Shown here piece by piece: positions 46,679 through 56,567 of a stretch of DNA of 64,000 nt. The notes beneath the pieces were generated by a model, which saw only the letters and a list, made by a program, of their open reading frames with translations, did no database searches and was not told the DNA's origin. Every line of letters starts with the position of its first letter. The first letter of the stretch is position 1. The DNA is from a virus (Duplodnaviria; Caudoviricetes): IMG/VR virus record IMGVR_UViG_3300035499_000517, positions 32,001-96,000 of that record; one strand, given 5' to 3'. The position numbers and the translations under genes are program-made.

Positions 46679-48091
46679 TTATATTTTATCAGCTTTTACG
46701 AATGTATAATATGGACGTAAGTTACTAATCAAATCTTCTGAGGTAACTTGTGATACGTCCGTTGTCACAAAGGAATTTAAAAATTCCTGTGATTTTAAAG
46801 TGTTTACACTCCCAGGTATTACTAAAGAGTCAATCTTTGTGGAGCGTGTAACACGAACTACTGTCACTGAAATATTGACGTTTGTCTTTCCAATGATACC
46901 TCCAAGAAGATCAATTTTGGAACTGATTCCAGATATGATATTCTTTGGATATTTTGAGTCAATGAGTTTTCCGTAAATAATTGCGGAAGTTTTCTTTTTA
47001 TCGAAATTATGAATGATTGGAACAGAACCATCATAGATTGTGCAATGGTCAATTGTAAATCCATAATTCTTTCCGGTTTTCTTATAGAGCGTTGCTCCAT
47101 AAAGTTGTCCACCAAAAATGGAACAAGCATCTGTTCCATCAATTGTAACGACGCCTGCCTGTACGCATTTGTCGAAAATTCTTGGTTTATTTTCATGGAC
47201 TTTCTTAATCATCTTAGAGGAAAGTCCGACGTATTCCACTAACCCACCAACAATAATTTTACCATTTGCTTCGGTTGCAAGTGCTCGAAGAGATGCTCTG
47301 TTGATACAATCAACAAATGAGCAGTTAATTGCGACACAACCTAAGGAAGCAATCTCCTGTCCTAATATAGAACCATTTATTGCAATATTGATAAAGGTTG
47401 AATCTTCTGCATAACCAAATAAGGTAGAGAACGCGATCTGTCTTCTGTCTAAGGAACCAATCTGCGCTCCTTCAATGGATAAATTCTTAATGGTAGCATT
47501 ATTCAGCGTTCTAAAAATACCAGTAAACCGCTGATTATCGAGCATGTTTGTATTGGTTATTTTCAAACCATATATGACGTGGTTTCCACCATCTAAGGTA
47601 CCAGAAAAAGATTTCTCTTCACTGAAATGAACCCGGAAGTAAAGATCCATTCCATCGTCTTCAATGGTCTCAATTTCATACCCCTCACCAATAGGATTCC
47701 ACTCCTCTCCACCGAGGTTAATATTTGATGTCAAATGAATGACTTTTCCATCAAATGTGTATCCGGATTCAACTAACTCCTTTAATCCAGCGAATTGCTC
47801 TGCATTATGAATTTGATAATCCGTAGCAGATTGATCGTTAAACCAAGAAGTATCAACGTGACGTCCGTCCCAACGCAAAATGGACAAATCCTGATCCTGG
47901 AAGTTCGATCTGCGATAGATCAAAACCTCTGATAAGTCATTCTTGTTCGGTAATGTAATATACTCTCCTCTTTTTAAAGAGTGCGCGAGTTCTATCGCGT
48001 CTTCGGAGCGTTCCAACACATTGCTCACAGGAATATTCCCAGGATCGATATTTAAATCTGCTAAGTAATGGGTTGTTTGATTGGTGATCAT
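46679..48091 (-). CDS. GLUG-like/beta-helix domain protein (possible virion adhesin)
   Basis: YQIHNAEQFAGL, IHLTSNINLGGEEWNPIG, FSGTLDGGNHVIYGLKI, ATIKNLSI motifs typical of beta-helical surface proteins. Confidence 0.6.
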   Translation of the reverse strand: MITNQTTHYLADLNIDPGNIPVSNVLERSEDAIELAHSLKRGEYITLPNKNDLSEVLIYRRSNFQDQDLSILRWDGRHVDTSWFNDQSATDYQIHNAEQFAGLKELVESGYTFDGKVIHLTSNINLGGEEWNPIGEGYEIETIEDDGMDLYFRVHFSEEKSFSGTLDGGNHVIYGLKITNTNMLDNQRFTGIFRTLNNATIKNLSIEGAQIGSLDRRQIAFSTLFGYAEDSTFINIAINGSILGQEIASLGCVAINCSFVDCINRASLRALATEANGKIIVGGLVEYVGLSSKMIKKVHENKPRIFDKCVQAGVVTIDGTDACSIFGGQLYGATLYKKTGKNYGFTIDHCTIYDGSVPIIHNFDKKKTSAIIYGKLIDSKYPKNIISGISSKIDLLGGIIGKTNVNISVTVVRVTRSTKIDSLVIPGSVNTLKSQEFLNSFVTTDVSQVTSEDLISNLRPYYTFVKADKI

Positions 48092-48115
48092 AGTATTTCA
48101 ATACCTCCTATTCTT

Positions 48116-49450
48116 TTACATTCCAGTTCCAAGCATCCGCGTCAATTCCTTTCCGAGTTTGTTGGAATTCATGGTTACTTCTCGTTCCAGCATGTCTAAC
48201 GAATAGGTCTGATAATCTGCTTGTCCATCTACTAGCATATCCACGGTGCGATTGACATCATCAATGATGACAAGACACATTAAAAACAGCTCTTCCATAA
48301 TCTTGTGACCAAAGGTGATATTCTTAAGATCATATCCCCAGTTGTCACGGATACTTGCGTAAGTTGCTGTTGAAAGAATAATAGTTGCAAAAGGAGCCTG
48401 ACGGTTTACACCATGGGTTCCAACCTTAATCCCTTTCTTTTTCAGTCTTCGCATAGAAGCGATAAACTTTCCGGTCTTATCGGTTTTATTTGCAACATCG
48501 AAATTGATGTCATCCAATTTTAAGATAATATCTTTTACAAGAGAAATCTCTCCTGTTGTCCAACGAATAAAGTTAAACATCGGATTCTTATTCTGTAAAA
48601 GATATACGATATTTTTCTCAAGGACCTTTGTATCTGCCAAATGCATATTGGTCTTTACACCAATGGTGTAATTGATCCACTGAGAAAATGAAGAGTCCCC
48701 ACGCCCAGCTAAAAGACGAAGATCAATCATATACGGCTGCATGTCATTTGCTTTCTTGCAATCACCCTCTGTAAGCCGCGGTGCTCTCGTATCTTTCTGA
48801 GAACGTAGGTGTTCATTATTTCTACGATCTATTTCGTTATTTGCGGTATTTGCAAGCAAATCGTCAAATAACTTGTCAACATCACCAGTCGCTTCTGTAT
48901 AAGAATTAAGTCCAGTTGTGTTGACTCCTTCTAAATAAGGTTTTTGTCCCTCTTTTTGTAAGCGCATCATTGTTGCACTTGCTCGTGTACCAGGTGTGAA
49001 CAGCGCAGATACGCGGCCATCTTCTCCAACGGATTCTGTAAATAACATTTCAGAATCACCATAAAGAGGTTCCAATGATTCATCGAAGCTCTCTAAGCAG
49101 TACTCATCCACGGAGTCTGCGTCATCAGCAGATTCAAGCTGATATTTTGGCTGATACTTCGCGACGAATTGTCTCGGGTTTTTAATGTAATTCAGATCTA
49201 TGAAGCCAATGCTGGATAAATAAATCTGTGTCCATGATGCATACACACGATCCAGATTTCGCACGGTAGTAACAGCGAGTTCCACGGGAACCGTACTGTC
49301 AACGTATGCAGGAAATTGGAAAGATTGTTCGTTTGCGCCACGCGCTACTGATCGGGTATTGAAGTTATCGACTTTACCACCGAGCTCAGCTGCAGCTTGT
49401 AATGCGCTTTTGATATTTTCAATGATATTAAAACCCATTCTTCCTGACAC
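48116..49450 (-). CDS. Putative virion structural protein with internal maturation-type sites
   Basis: First gene after a late motif; QLES, CLES, FTES, YLEG, YTEA cluster. Confidence 0.6.
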   Translation of the reverse strand: MSGRMGFNIIENIKSALQAAAELGGKVDNFNTRSVARGANEQSFQFPAYVDSTVPVELAVTTVRNLDRVYASWTQIYLSSIGFIDLNYIKNPRQFVAKYQPKYQLESADDADSVDEYCLESFDESLEPLYGDSEMLFTESVGEDGRVSALFTPGTRASATMMRLQKEGQKPYLEGVNTTGLNSYTEATGDVDKLFDDLLANTANNEIDRRNNEHLRSQKDTRAPRLTEGDCKKANDMQPYMIDLRLLAGRGDSSFSQWINYTIGVKTNMHLADTKVLEKNIVYLLQNKNPMFNFIRWTTGEISLVKDIILKLDDINFDVANKTDKTGKFIASMRRLKKKGIKVGTHGVNRQAPFATIILSTATYASIRDNWGYDLKNITFGHKIMEELFLMCLVIIDDVNRTVDMLVDGQADYQTYSLDMLEREVTMNSNKLGKELTRMLGTGM

Positions 49451-49475
49451 TCCTTTCCTTTATACTTTTCGATTT

Positions 49476-49487
49476 TAATAGATTGTT
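49476..49487 (-). promoter_or_regulatory. Late-type promoter motif AACA-N6-TA
   Basis: aacaatctatta. Confidence 0.65.
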
Positions 49488-49542
49488 TTTTGTGAGGTTT
49501 CCAAGGGTTTAAGATTTCATGCAAAATTCAACTTGAATTTCA

Positions 49543-49556
49543 CTTATATAATATCT
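49543..49556 (+). promoter_or_regulatory. Early-type phage promoter motif
   Basis: atttcacttatataatatct. Confidence 0.72.
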
Positions 49557-49671
49557 ATGTGAATAGATAAATGGTTAATAGATAGATAATGGATATGTTT
49601 TTTCTCCTTATAAATTAGGATGCTTTCTATTACTATGACTTAATCGAAAGAGAAGAAAGGAAGGACTTAAT

Positions 49672-49932
49672 ATGGGAAGAAAACCAAGAAGAAAAAAGAA
49701 GGGGAGAATTGCAAAAGCAGTTGGAATAGCAATATTACTTGCTATGCTTTTTATTTGTGTAGCAGATTTTACATTCTTTATCTGTTTAGCACGAGTTGTG
49801 CGAACATTAGAAGATGCTGCCATTATGATCGTGCTTTTAATGATTATGATCTTAGCATTCTCTGTACTGATGATCGTTTTAAGTTTCTTTTTAAAGAATT
49901 ATTATAAGAAAGAGGAGGATAAGAAAAAATGA
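49672..49932 (+). CDS. Small two-TM membrane protein
   Basis: Basic N-terminus and two hydrophobic helices. Confidence 0.65.
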   Translation: MGRKPRRKKKGRIAKAVGIAILLAMLFICVADFTFFICLARVVRTLEDAAIMIVLLMIMILAFSVLMIVLSFFLKNYYKKEEDKKK

Positions 49933-50132
49933 ATAATGGAGGAAATTCGCTTTTAGACTATTTGATTTGTATATTAGCGATTTTTATAGACATCGGGTTC
50001 TTTGGACTCGGTACTTATTGTGTAATGCATAGTGAAGTCGTTTTTGGAATCATATCGTATGTATTGATGTGGATATTCACACAAATTGTAATTAAAGTCT
50101 GGGACAAGTGTAGAGAAGACGATATGATCTAA
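49929..50132 (+). CDS. Small two-TM membrane protein
   Basis: GAGGAGG RBS; two hydrophobic helices. Confidence 0.6.
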   Translation: MNNGGNSLLDYLICILAIFIDIGFFGLGTYCVMHSEVVFGIISYVLMWIFTQIVIKVWDKCREDDMI

Positions 50133-50156
50133 TTGCTATAAGCAATATTAATTTTA

Positions 50157-50170
50157 CTTATATATTATCT
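50157..50170 (+). promoter_or_regulatory. Early-type phage promoter motif
   Basis: attttacttatatattatct. Confidence 0.7.
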
Positions 50171-50190
50171 ATTTAATAAGAGAAAGGAAA

Positions 50191-50400
50191 ATGTGTTTTA
50201 TGAGTCAAAATATCAAACGCATAATTGGAATTATATGTCTTCTCTTAATCGTAGTATTGATAGAGTTGGAAGATGTAATTAATATTTTAGGAAACGATAT
50301 TGCAAAATTACTTCCGTTAATTCCAGCGGCTATCATGATCGTGGTTTGTGTTAGAGAAAACAAGAAGGAGGACGAGGATGACAATTCAGGAGCTAATTAA
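50191..50400 (+). CDS. Small two-TM membrane protein
   Basis: Two hydrophobic helices; overlaps the ligase start. Confidence 0.55.
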   Translation: MCFMSQNIKRIIGIICLLLIVVLIELEDVINILGNDIAKLLPLIPAAIMIVVCVRENKKEDEDDNSGAN

Positions 50401-52546
50401 TGGGGCTTTAACAAGTGATAGTGATATGAATACCATTTTTACAACTATCAAAGATGGGCTTGAGCAGGTTCCCATGAAAGAAGTATCAGACTTGATGCAG
50501 GATAGTACGATCAAACGTTATGTCCAGTATCTTGTATTTAAGGAATTAAACAACGAGAATCTGAATGAGAATGATGAGCAGAATTTATATCTGCTTATCT
50601 ATATTCTTCAGATGATCTATAATGAAGGTGGTTATGATACAGGTGTGTCTGATTATGATTATGACCGCTTGTATGAGCTTTTAAATAAGAATGGAAAAGA
50701 ACTGATTTCAGTTCCGACCATTAGTGGAGAGAAAGCATTCCATAAATATCCGACGTTAAGAGGAACTCTGGAGAAGATTTATGTATTGGATGAAAAGGAT
50801 ACAGCAATCAATGAATCCAGAAAGAGCTTAACAGAATGGGTAGAAAGTGGGCAACGAATCATTGATGAGAATACGGGAAGACGTGTAAATCTTTGGGATG
50901 AATGGATTTATGTATTTCCGAAATGGGATGGAGTTTCCGTAGAGTTTGAGTTTAATGAGAAGAATGAACTTATCATGGCACTTACTCGTGGGAATACTGA
51001 AACGAATGAAGGAAAGATTGTAACATCTATATTCCTTCCACTCACAAACCGAATTGCAGATCCAGGAATGGTTGGAAGAGCATATGGATTAAAGACAGAG
51101 GTCATGGTTCATGATTATGATCTGGAAGCGTATAATAAGAAGTATAATGAGGACTTCCATTCACCAAGAAGCATAGCTTCCTCTATTGTAAATACTGGAA
51201 GCTTGGATGGAAGAGAAAATCTTCTTGAGATTGTACGATTAAGAACTTCTGTTAAGAATCCGGAAACTGGAGAAGAGAATCTTCAAAGGTTAGCGTTAAA
51301 TGCTTTTGAAAGACCGTATATCAAATGTAAATTATCGGATACAGAAGCAATTAGAAAGTTTGCATATGATCATCGAAATATTGATGGACTTAATTGTGAT
51401 GGAGCTGTTCTTTATATCATTGACGAAGAACTTCGTGGTATCTTGGGAAGAAAAGATAATAAGAACAAGTATGAAGTTGCATTTAAGTTTAATGAAGAGA
51501 TCGGTTATAGTGAAATTGAGGATATCGAATTTCGGTTAACGACATTCGGAAGAATCTTTCCAAGAGCGAAGTTCAAACCTCTGAAAATGAAAGGAAACGA
51601 AGTAAAGTGTGTTTCCTTAGGATCTATTGACCGGTTTAATAAGTTACAATTGGCAAAGGGTGACACCGTAAAGATTCACTACGAAATCGTTCCTTATCTT
51701 ACCTATGACAAGGATGATGAGAAGTGTAAACGAAGCGGAAATCCTCCAATCAAAGCACCGACAATTTGTCCAGAATGTGGGGAACCTCTGGAAGTAAATT
51801 CTACGGGAAGCTCTATCTATTGTCAGAACCCAGATTGTGGATGTAGGCATCGTGGAAAGATTTTAACATATGCAAAGCGCCTCAATATGAAGGGTGTTGG
51901 TGAAGCTACGGTAAACGATCTTTACGATGCAGGATATTTAACTTCCATTGTAGATTATTACAGATTGCAGGAGAATTATGAGAAGATCTGTAAACTCCCA
52001 GGATATGATAAAGATTCTACAGCAGCACTTTGCTTAGCAGTTGAGAAGTATGGAAGAAAAGTTCCGGCAGAAATCTTCATGGGAGCAATCGGAATTGAAA
52101 GTATTGGTCCAAAGACATTCAAGAAGATCTTTGAAGTTTATACGATTGAAGATTTGATTGAGTTTGCAGAAGATAAGCTGGTATCAAAACTCGTAGCAGT
52201 TCCGGGGATAAGCGATCTAAAGGCTTTAAAGATCTTATCTGGTGTGAGGGATAATGAAAGACTTATCAAGAAGCTCATGAAAGATTATGTAGAAGTCGTT
52301 TACCAGAAAGAAGAAGCTGGTCGTTTCGTAGCAGTATTTCATAAAATCCGTTCAGAATTAGTATCAAAGATGATTCGAGAAGCAGGTGGTATCGTAGAGG
52401 ATAATTTAACCAAGCATACAAGCTTCTTAATCGTTCCGAATGGATTCGGTGATCAACACAGTAGTGCTAGTGACAAAGCAAGAAAATACGGAGTTCCAAT
52501 CGTAGAGATTAATGATGTGGAAAACTATATTGCGAATCACTTTTAA
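50378..52546 (+). CDS. ligA: NAD-dependent DNA ligase
   Basis: SDYDYDRL; adenylation motif PKWDG; ALTRGN; CDGAV; VAFKF; Zn finger CPECG..CQNPDC; HhH repeats; BRCT-like C-terminus. Confidence 0.92.
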   Translation: MTIQELINGALTSDSDMNTIFTTIKDGLEQVPMKEVSDLMQDSTIKRYVQYLVFKELNNENLNENDEQNLYLLIYILQMIYNEGGYDTGVSDYDYDRLYELLNKNGKELISVPTISGEKAFHKYPTLRGTLEKIYVLDEKDTAINESRKSLTEWVESGQRIIDENTGRRVNLWDEWIYVFPKWDGVSVEFEFNEKNELIMALTRGNTETNEGKIVTSIFLPLTNRIADPGMVGRAYGLKTEVMVHDYDLEAYNKKYNEDFHSPRSIASSIVNTGSLDGRENLLEIVRLRTSVKNPETGEENLQRLALNAFERPYIKCKLSDTEAIRKFAYDHRNIDGLNCDGAVLYIIDEELRGILGRKDNKNKYEVAFKFNEEIGYSEIEDIEFRLTTFGRIFPRAKFKPLKMKGNEVKCVSLGSIDRFNKLQLAKGDTVKIHYEIVPYLTYDKDDEKCKRSGNPPIKAPTICPECGEPLEVNSTGSSIYCQNPDCGCRHRGKILTYAKRLNMKGVGEATVNDLYDAGYLTSIVDYYRLQENYEKICKLPGYDKDSTAALCLAVEKYGRKVPAEIFMGAIGIESIGPKTFKKIFEVYTIEDLIEFAEDKLVSKLVAVPGISDLKALKILSGVRDNERLIKKLMKDYVEVVYQKEEAGRFVAVFHKIRSELVSKMIREAGGIVEDNLTKHTSFLIVPNGFGDQHSSASDKARKYGVPIVEINDVENYIANHF

Positions 52547-52671
52547 CTAATCAGGTCTAGTCTTCGATTTGAGGACTAGACCATTATTTTAACAAGGAGG
52601 ATTTTAAACACATGAAAACTTAATACGAGAAGGTCCCTTATAAACTCACACAAAAATGGAGGGATAAATTA

Positions 52672-53415
52672 ATGAATCCGAACAGAAGAGTGATTACATT
52701 AATTGGTTCAACGAAGTTCAAAGATGAATTTCTTAAGTTGAACAAGAAGCTGACACGACAAGGATACGTCGTAGTCCACACGCCTTATTTCTCTCATGCA
52801 GAAGGGGAGGAGTTATCAGATAAACTGGTGAATACCCTTTATCGGGTTGGAAAAGTCAGGATTGATAACTCACAATGTGTTATTGTAATCAACAAAGATG
52901 GTTACATAGGAGAGAGCACAAGGTATGAAATCCTGTATGCACTGCTTGTTGGAGTTCCGGTGATTTATCAGTATCAGGAATATCCAACTCCAAATATCAG
53001 TGTACAAAGGATCAAAAAGCATAATGTAGAAAGGCTACAGATTTATTCTGGGAGACAACAGGGTTCTACAAGTATGCTGATCGTACTGGCAGCAATGAAG
53101 AATGCTTATATCGTTTCACTTACGATAGAAGAAGGAAAACATCTCTTGAGACATGCAAGAGCAATGGGAGAAGAAATCCCTGGTGTTCTTGTAGTAGATG
53201 AAAACCGTCGAGAATTCATTCGCCTAACAGATACATTAAGTTCAAAGAAAGGAAAATCAGACATTGATCGTTCTGATCCAATTCCTTTAGCAGACTTATC
53301 ATCTATGGGTCCTCTCTTAATTGATGATTCGAATGACAGAGAGTGGGGTCCAGATGCAATTGAAGCTCGCACTGATGTAATCGGTGAAGTCTTCACGTTA
53401 GATAACATCATATGA
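52672..53415 (+). CDS. Nucleoside 2-deoxyribosyltransferase-like (DUF4406-type) domain protein
   Basis: VITLIGSTKFKDEF..IDNSQCVIVINKDGYIGESTRYEILYA. Confidence 0.55.
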   Translation: MNPNRRVITLIGSTKFKDEFLKLNKKLTRQGYVVVHTPYFSHAEGEELSDKLVNTLYRVGKVRIDNSQCVIVINKDGYIGESTRYEILYALLVGVPVIYQYQEYPTPNISVQRIKKHNVERLQIYSGRQQGSTSMLIVLAAMKNAYIVSLTIEEGKHLLRHARAMGEEIPGVLVVDENRREFIRLTDTLSSKKGKSDIDRSDPIPLADLSSMGPLLIDDSNDREWGPDAIEARTDVIGEVFTLDNII

Positions 53416-53440
53416 TAAATCTAACGAATATGAATACGAA

Positions 53441-54352
53441 ATGAAGGGGTTAAATAGTATGAAAAACGAAAGTATTGAATACGGCCTTGCATTTATTACT
53501 AGTTTAGAGGGGATAGCAAGTTCCCTTACAAATTCCAAGTTGGATATCATTTTGGATATCTTAAAAGACGACAATACAGCAGTGTTTGAACTTGGGGAAG
53601 CTGCTGGATTAATTACGCGCGTGAAAGATAAAATTAAGAACGCGCTCGAAAGTGAAGGAGAATTAAAAGACATGAGCAATGTAAATAACACAACAACGAC
53701 AGAGAAGAACGAAACTCCATTTGGCATGAGAAGTTTGGTATCAGCTGGATTACCGGAGTTTCTTGGCAAATATATCAAAGAGAAGGCAGTAAAAGCTGCT
53801 GAGGAGAATCCGGATGATTCTCTCATTCAGGAATTCGTAGAGAGATATGTAAACAACGAGAATCCGCTCGCGGAGAATGGAATCTACCGCGTTGGATATG
53901 CAACCTCTAAAGAGGGAAATGAGTTTATCTATGCGAAGAGACTGGCTCCGCTTAACAAGAGCCGTCTGAACGAGTTCCGTAAGTTAAAGGACTACGACAC
54001 ATTCACTGAGGATCAGTACAATGACTTCTTAAGAAATGTCGTTGTTTCTGGAACCGGCGCAGAGATCGCGGAAAACATGTATGGATGGCTGAATGCTTAT
54101 CTGCTGGTAGATGAGCCGACCGAGGAAGAGGTTGAGAAGTGTGATATGATTATCAACTTCGTAAACCGTATGATTTTTGGAAACCGTCCGATTGATGAGA
54201 GTAGAAAGTACACACTCGTTGCTACGTATGATGAGGATGACTCCTCTCACATCACCAGTATCCGTATCAGTTTCCCAAACTCGGGAGCATCGGATAAGCG
54301 TGGTGGAAACCGCAATAACAAAGGCGGTAAGAAATTCAATAAGAGGAAATAA
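53441..54352 (+). CDS. Hypothetical protein; strong internal start at 53672
   Basis: GAAGGAG RBS before in-frame ATG 53672; basic C-terminal tail. Confidence 0.65.
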   Translation: MKGLNSMKNESIEYGLAFITSLEGIASSLTNSKLDIILDILKDDNTAVFELGEAAGLITRVKDKIKNALESEGELKDMSNVNNTTTTEKNETPFGMRSLVSAGLPEFLGKYIKEKAVKAAEENPDDSLIQEFVERYVNNENPLAENGIYRVGYATSKEGNEFIYAKRLAPLNKSRLNEFRKLKDYDTFTEDQYNDFLRNVVVSGTGAEIAENMYGWLNAYLLVDEPTEEEVEKCDMIINFVNRMIFGNRPIDESRKYTLVATYDEDDSSHITSIRISFPNSGASDKRGGNRNNKGGKKFNKRK

Positions 54353-54364
54353 TTTCCATAATTT

Positions 54365-54402
54365 TGGGAAGCTGCAAGATGTTTGTGGCTTCCCAATTTT
54401 TT
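54365..54402 (+). terminator. Intrinsic terminator
   Basis: tgggaagctgcaa/ttgtggcttccca stem followed by T-tract. Confidence 0.7.
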
Positions 54403-54407
54403 ACTCA

Positions 54408-54712
54408 CTTTCGCGCTTACTAATTATTTCTTGCTTATACATGGGGAAATTGTAGTAAGAATTGCAACACAAAGCGAAAGATCACCCACCAATAGGTAAT
54501 ATTTGTGCATCTGTTTAAGGTGTATAGGTATTACCTATTGATGAAGCCTTTTGAAGTACCGAAAGAGGAAGAAATCGAAGAATACTTAACAAAAGAAACT
54601 CGGTAATTTGTGTACAATTCAGAGACCAAATTATTTTCTTAAAATGGTAAACCAAGATTTCGTTGGGACAGATTTTAAGAGCCCTCCCGAAAGGGAGGGT
54701 GAGTCTTTTTTC
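54408..54712 (+). ncRNA. Candidate structured non-coding RNA (may carry a 21-aa sORF at 54541-54606)
   Basis: Long hairpins with G.U pairs on the + strand; terminal GCCCUCCC-GAAA-GGGAGGGU hairpin and U-tract. Confidence 0.45.
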
Positions 54713-54742
54713 CCTTCAGGATTTGAATTTTAGTAAATTTCA

Positions 54743-54756
54743 CTTATATAATATCT
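54743..54756 (+). promoter_or_regulatory. Early-type phage promoter motif
   Basis: atttcacttatataatatct. Confidence 0.72.
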
Positions 54757-54852
54757 AGGTGTAGATTACAAATAAAACATAACCAACTTTAAAAACTAAG
54801 GATTCATTAAAATGAATCCCAAATCAAATCATTCCAAGGAGGAAAAAAAGTC

Positions 54853-55152
54853 ATGAGTAAATTTGGAGAATTTGTAAGCAAGGCAATGGAAGATCACAGA
54901 GCAAGAAAGGCAGCAAAGGAAGCAGCACGGGCAGCATACAAGGCAGCAAAGGATAATTATCTGGAGCGTTTAGATGCAGCATTCCGTACAATCCAGCCAA
55001 TTGTTGATGAAGGCTTACAGAAGAAGTACATCTCACGGGAAACGGTGGCGTATCACTACTGTCCGGAAATGAAGCATATCAAGGATGCGTATGATCGTAT
55101 CAAGCGTGAAGAGTTAGTACAGAAGAGTCAGAAGCTCTTTGAGACAAAGTAG
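54853..55152 (+). CDS. Hypothetical early protein, paralog of 16609..17100
   Basis: VAYHYCPEMK motif; AAGGAGG RBS. Confidence 0.75.
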   Translation: MSKFGEFVSKAMEDHRARKAAKEAARAAYKAAKDNYLERLDAAFRTIQPIVDEGLQKKYISRETVAYHYCPEMKHIKDAYDRIKREELVQKSQKLFETK

Positions 55153-55249
55153 TAAAAAACGAAAGTTTTCCGGGGCGCTCTATGGGCGCTCTTTTTTTCC
55201 TCTTGGAACATAGAATTTCTCCTGGAGTTTGGTTTTTTGTATACGAAAA

Positions 55250-55261
55250 GACAAAAGATTA
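55250..55261 (+). promoter_or_regulatory. Late-type promoter motif GACA-N6-TA
   Basis: gacaaaagatta upstream of the recombinase gene. Confidence 0.55.
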
Positions 55262-55287
55262 ATCGAATTTAAAAGGAGGAATTAAAA

Positions 55288-56508
55288 TTGAGTAGTGCAT
55301 TAAAAGAAGCATTAATCGCTGAGCATGGAGACATGTTTGAATCAAACATGGTCATTGATTCCTATAAGACAGGAATCGCCCCACTTGATTATTATCTGGG
55401 GTATATGCTTAGCGTATTTAAAGAAGATAACACAGTAGATTACACTTACCCGTGTCTGGGATTTAATGGAGGTTGTAATGTCTTAACGATTGGAAAATCG
55501 TCGACAGCAAAGACCTCTGTAGATCTTTTCATTGCAGCAATGATTGTAAGACCTTATGAAAATGGATTGATTATTCATTATGATTTGGAACAAGCAATGA
55601 ATATGACACGAGCAAAAGCAATGACAAGATTCTCTGTCAATGAATTAAAAGACAAGTATGTATTAAGACAGATGAACTCGACGATTGAAGATATTAAGAA
55701 AATGATTATGGAGATTTATAAAACAAAAACCTCCAACCCGAAACAGTATATGTATGATAGTGGAAAGAAGGATGAGTTTGGAAATCCGGTTGTGATGTAT
55801 CAACCGACAGTCATTCTGATTGATTCTATTCCAACCTTGGTTACAAAGTTAAACGAGGGAAATGCAAAGGAATGGCAGAAGTTAGAAGAGGTGACATCAC
55901 AAACAGACCGAATGAGATTGACTGGTGAGATTGGAAGATTCTATACAGATGTGCTCCCATATCTTAGAGCAGCAAATATCATGGTTTTCTCTATCAATCA
56001 TATCAAAGTGAACCCGCAGATGGGAATTGTTAAGAGCCCTGCTGAGTTACTGTACTTAAAGCAGGATGAGGCCTTACCAGGAGGAAAGGCAGTCGTTTAT
56101 TATGCGCATTACATGCTGAAACATGTTGCTGTTGGTTCTGGGAAATATAACCTGGAAGATGATGGATTCGACGGCTTTCTTATCCGGGTCGAAATAATAA
56201 AGTCAAGGTCAAATCAGGCAGGGCAATATGTAGAGATTATCTATGACAAAAACAAAGGTGTATCACCGGTAAGAACCTGCATCCATTTTGCAAAAGAGAA
56301 TGGATTAATTGGTGGAAATAAGAATGCGATGTATTTCGTAAATAATAAAGATAATAAATTTCCACTTCGTACAGTAGAGCAGTTCTTCTCCGAGAATAAA
56401 GAGATGTATAAGATCATGTATGATCACATCTTACCATTACTGGAGAGCCGGTTATCATATGTAAAACCGGATGAACTGGTAGTGGATGATGCCCTTTTAG
56501 ATTACTAA
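55288..56508 (+). CDS. uvsX: RecA/UvsX-like recombinase
   Basis: KTGIAPLD; Walker A variant GKSSTAKTS; YDLEQA; Walker B ILIDSI; INH; PGGKAV; KSR. Confidence 0.88.
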   Translation: MSSALKEALIAEHGDMFESNMVIDSYKTGIAPLDYYLGYMLSVFKEDNTVDYTYPCLGFNGGCNVLTIGKSSTAKTSVDLFIAAMIVRPYENGLIIHYDLEQAMNMTRAKAMTRFSVNELKDKYVLRQMNSTIEDIKKMIMEIYKTKTSNPKQYMYDSGKKDEFGNPVVMYQPTVILIDSIPTLVTKLNEGNAKEWQKLEEVTSQTDRMRLTGEIGRFYTDVLPYLRAANIMVFSINHIKVNPQMGIVKSPAELLYLKQDEALPGGKAVVYYAHYMLKHVAVGSGKYNLEDDGFDGFLIRVEIIKSRSNQAGQYVEIIYDKNKGVSPVRTCIHFAKENGLIGGNKNAMYFVNNKDNKFPLRTVEQFFSENKEMYKIMYDHILPLLESRLSYVKPDELVVDDALLDY

Positions 56509-56520
56509 TAAAGACAAAAG

Positions 56521-56556
56521 AAAAGGAGATAGAACCATTTTGTTCTATCTCCTTTT
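56521..56556. terminator. Bidirectional terminator
   Basis: 15-bp perfect stem aaaaggagatagaac/gttctatctcctttt between convergent genes. Confidence 0.8.
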
Positions 56557-56567
56557 TAAGTCTCAAT

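Noticed and set aside
54442-54492. GGGG...CCACCA resembling a tRNA or tmRNA end
   Set aside because: Only about 50 nt apart, with no T-loop (TTCRA) or cloverleaf.
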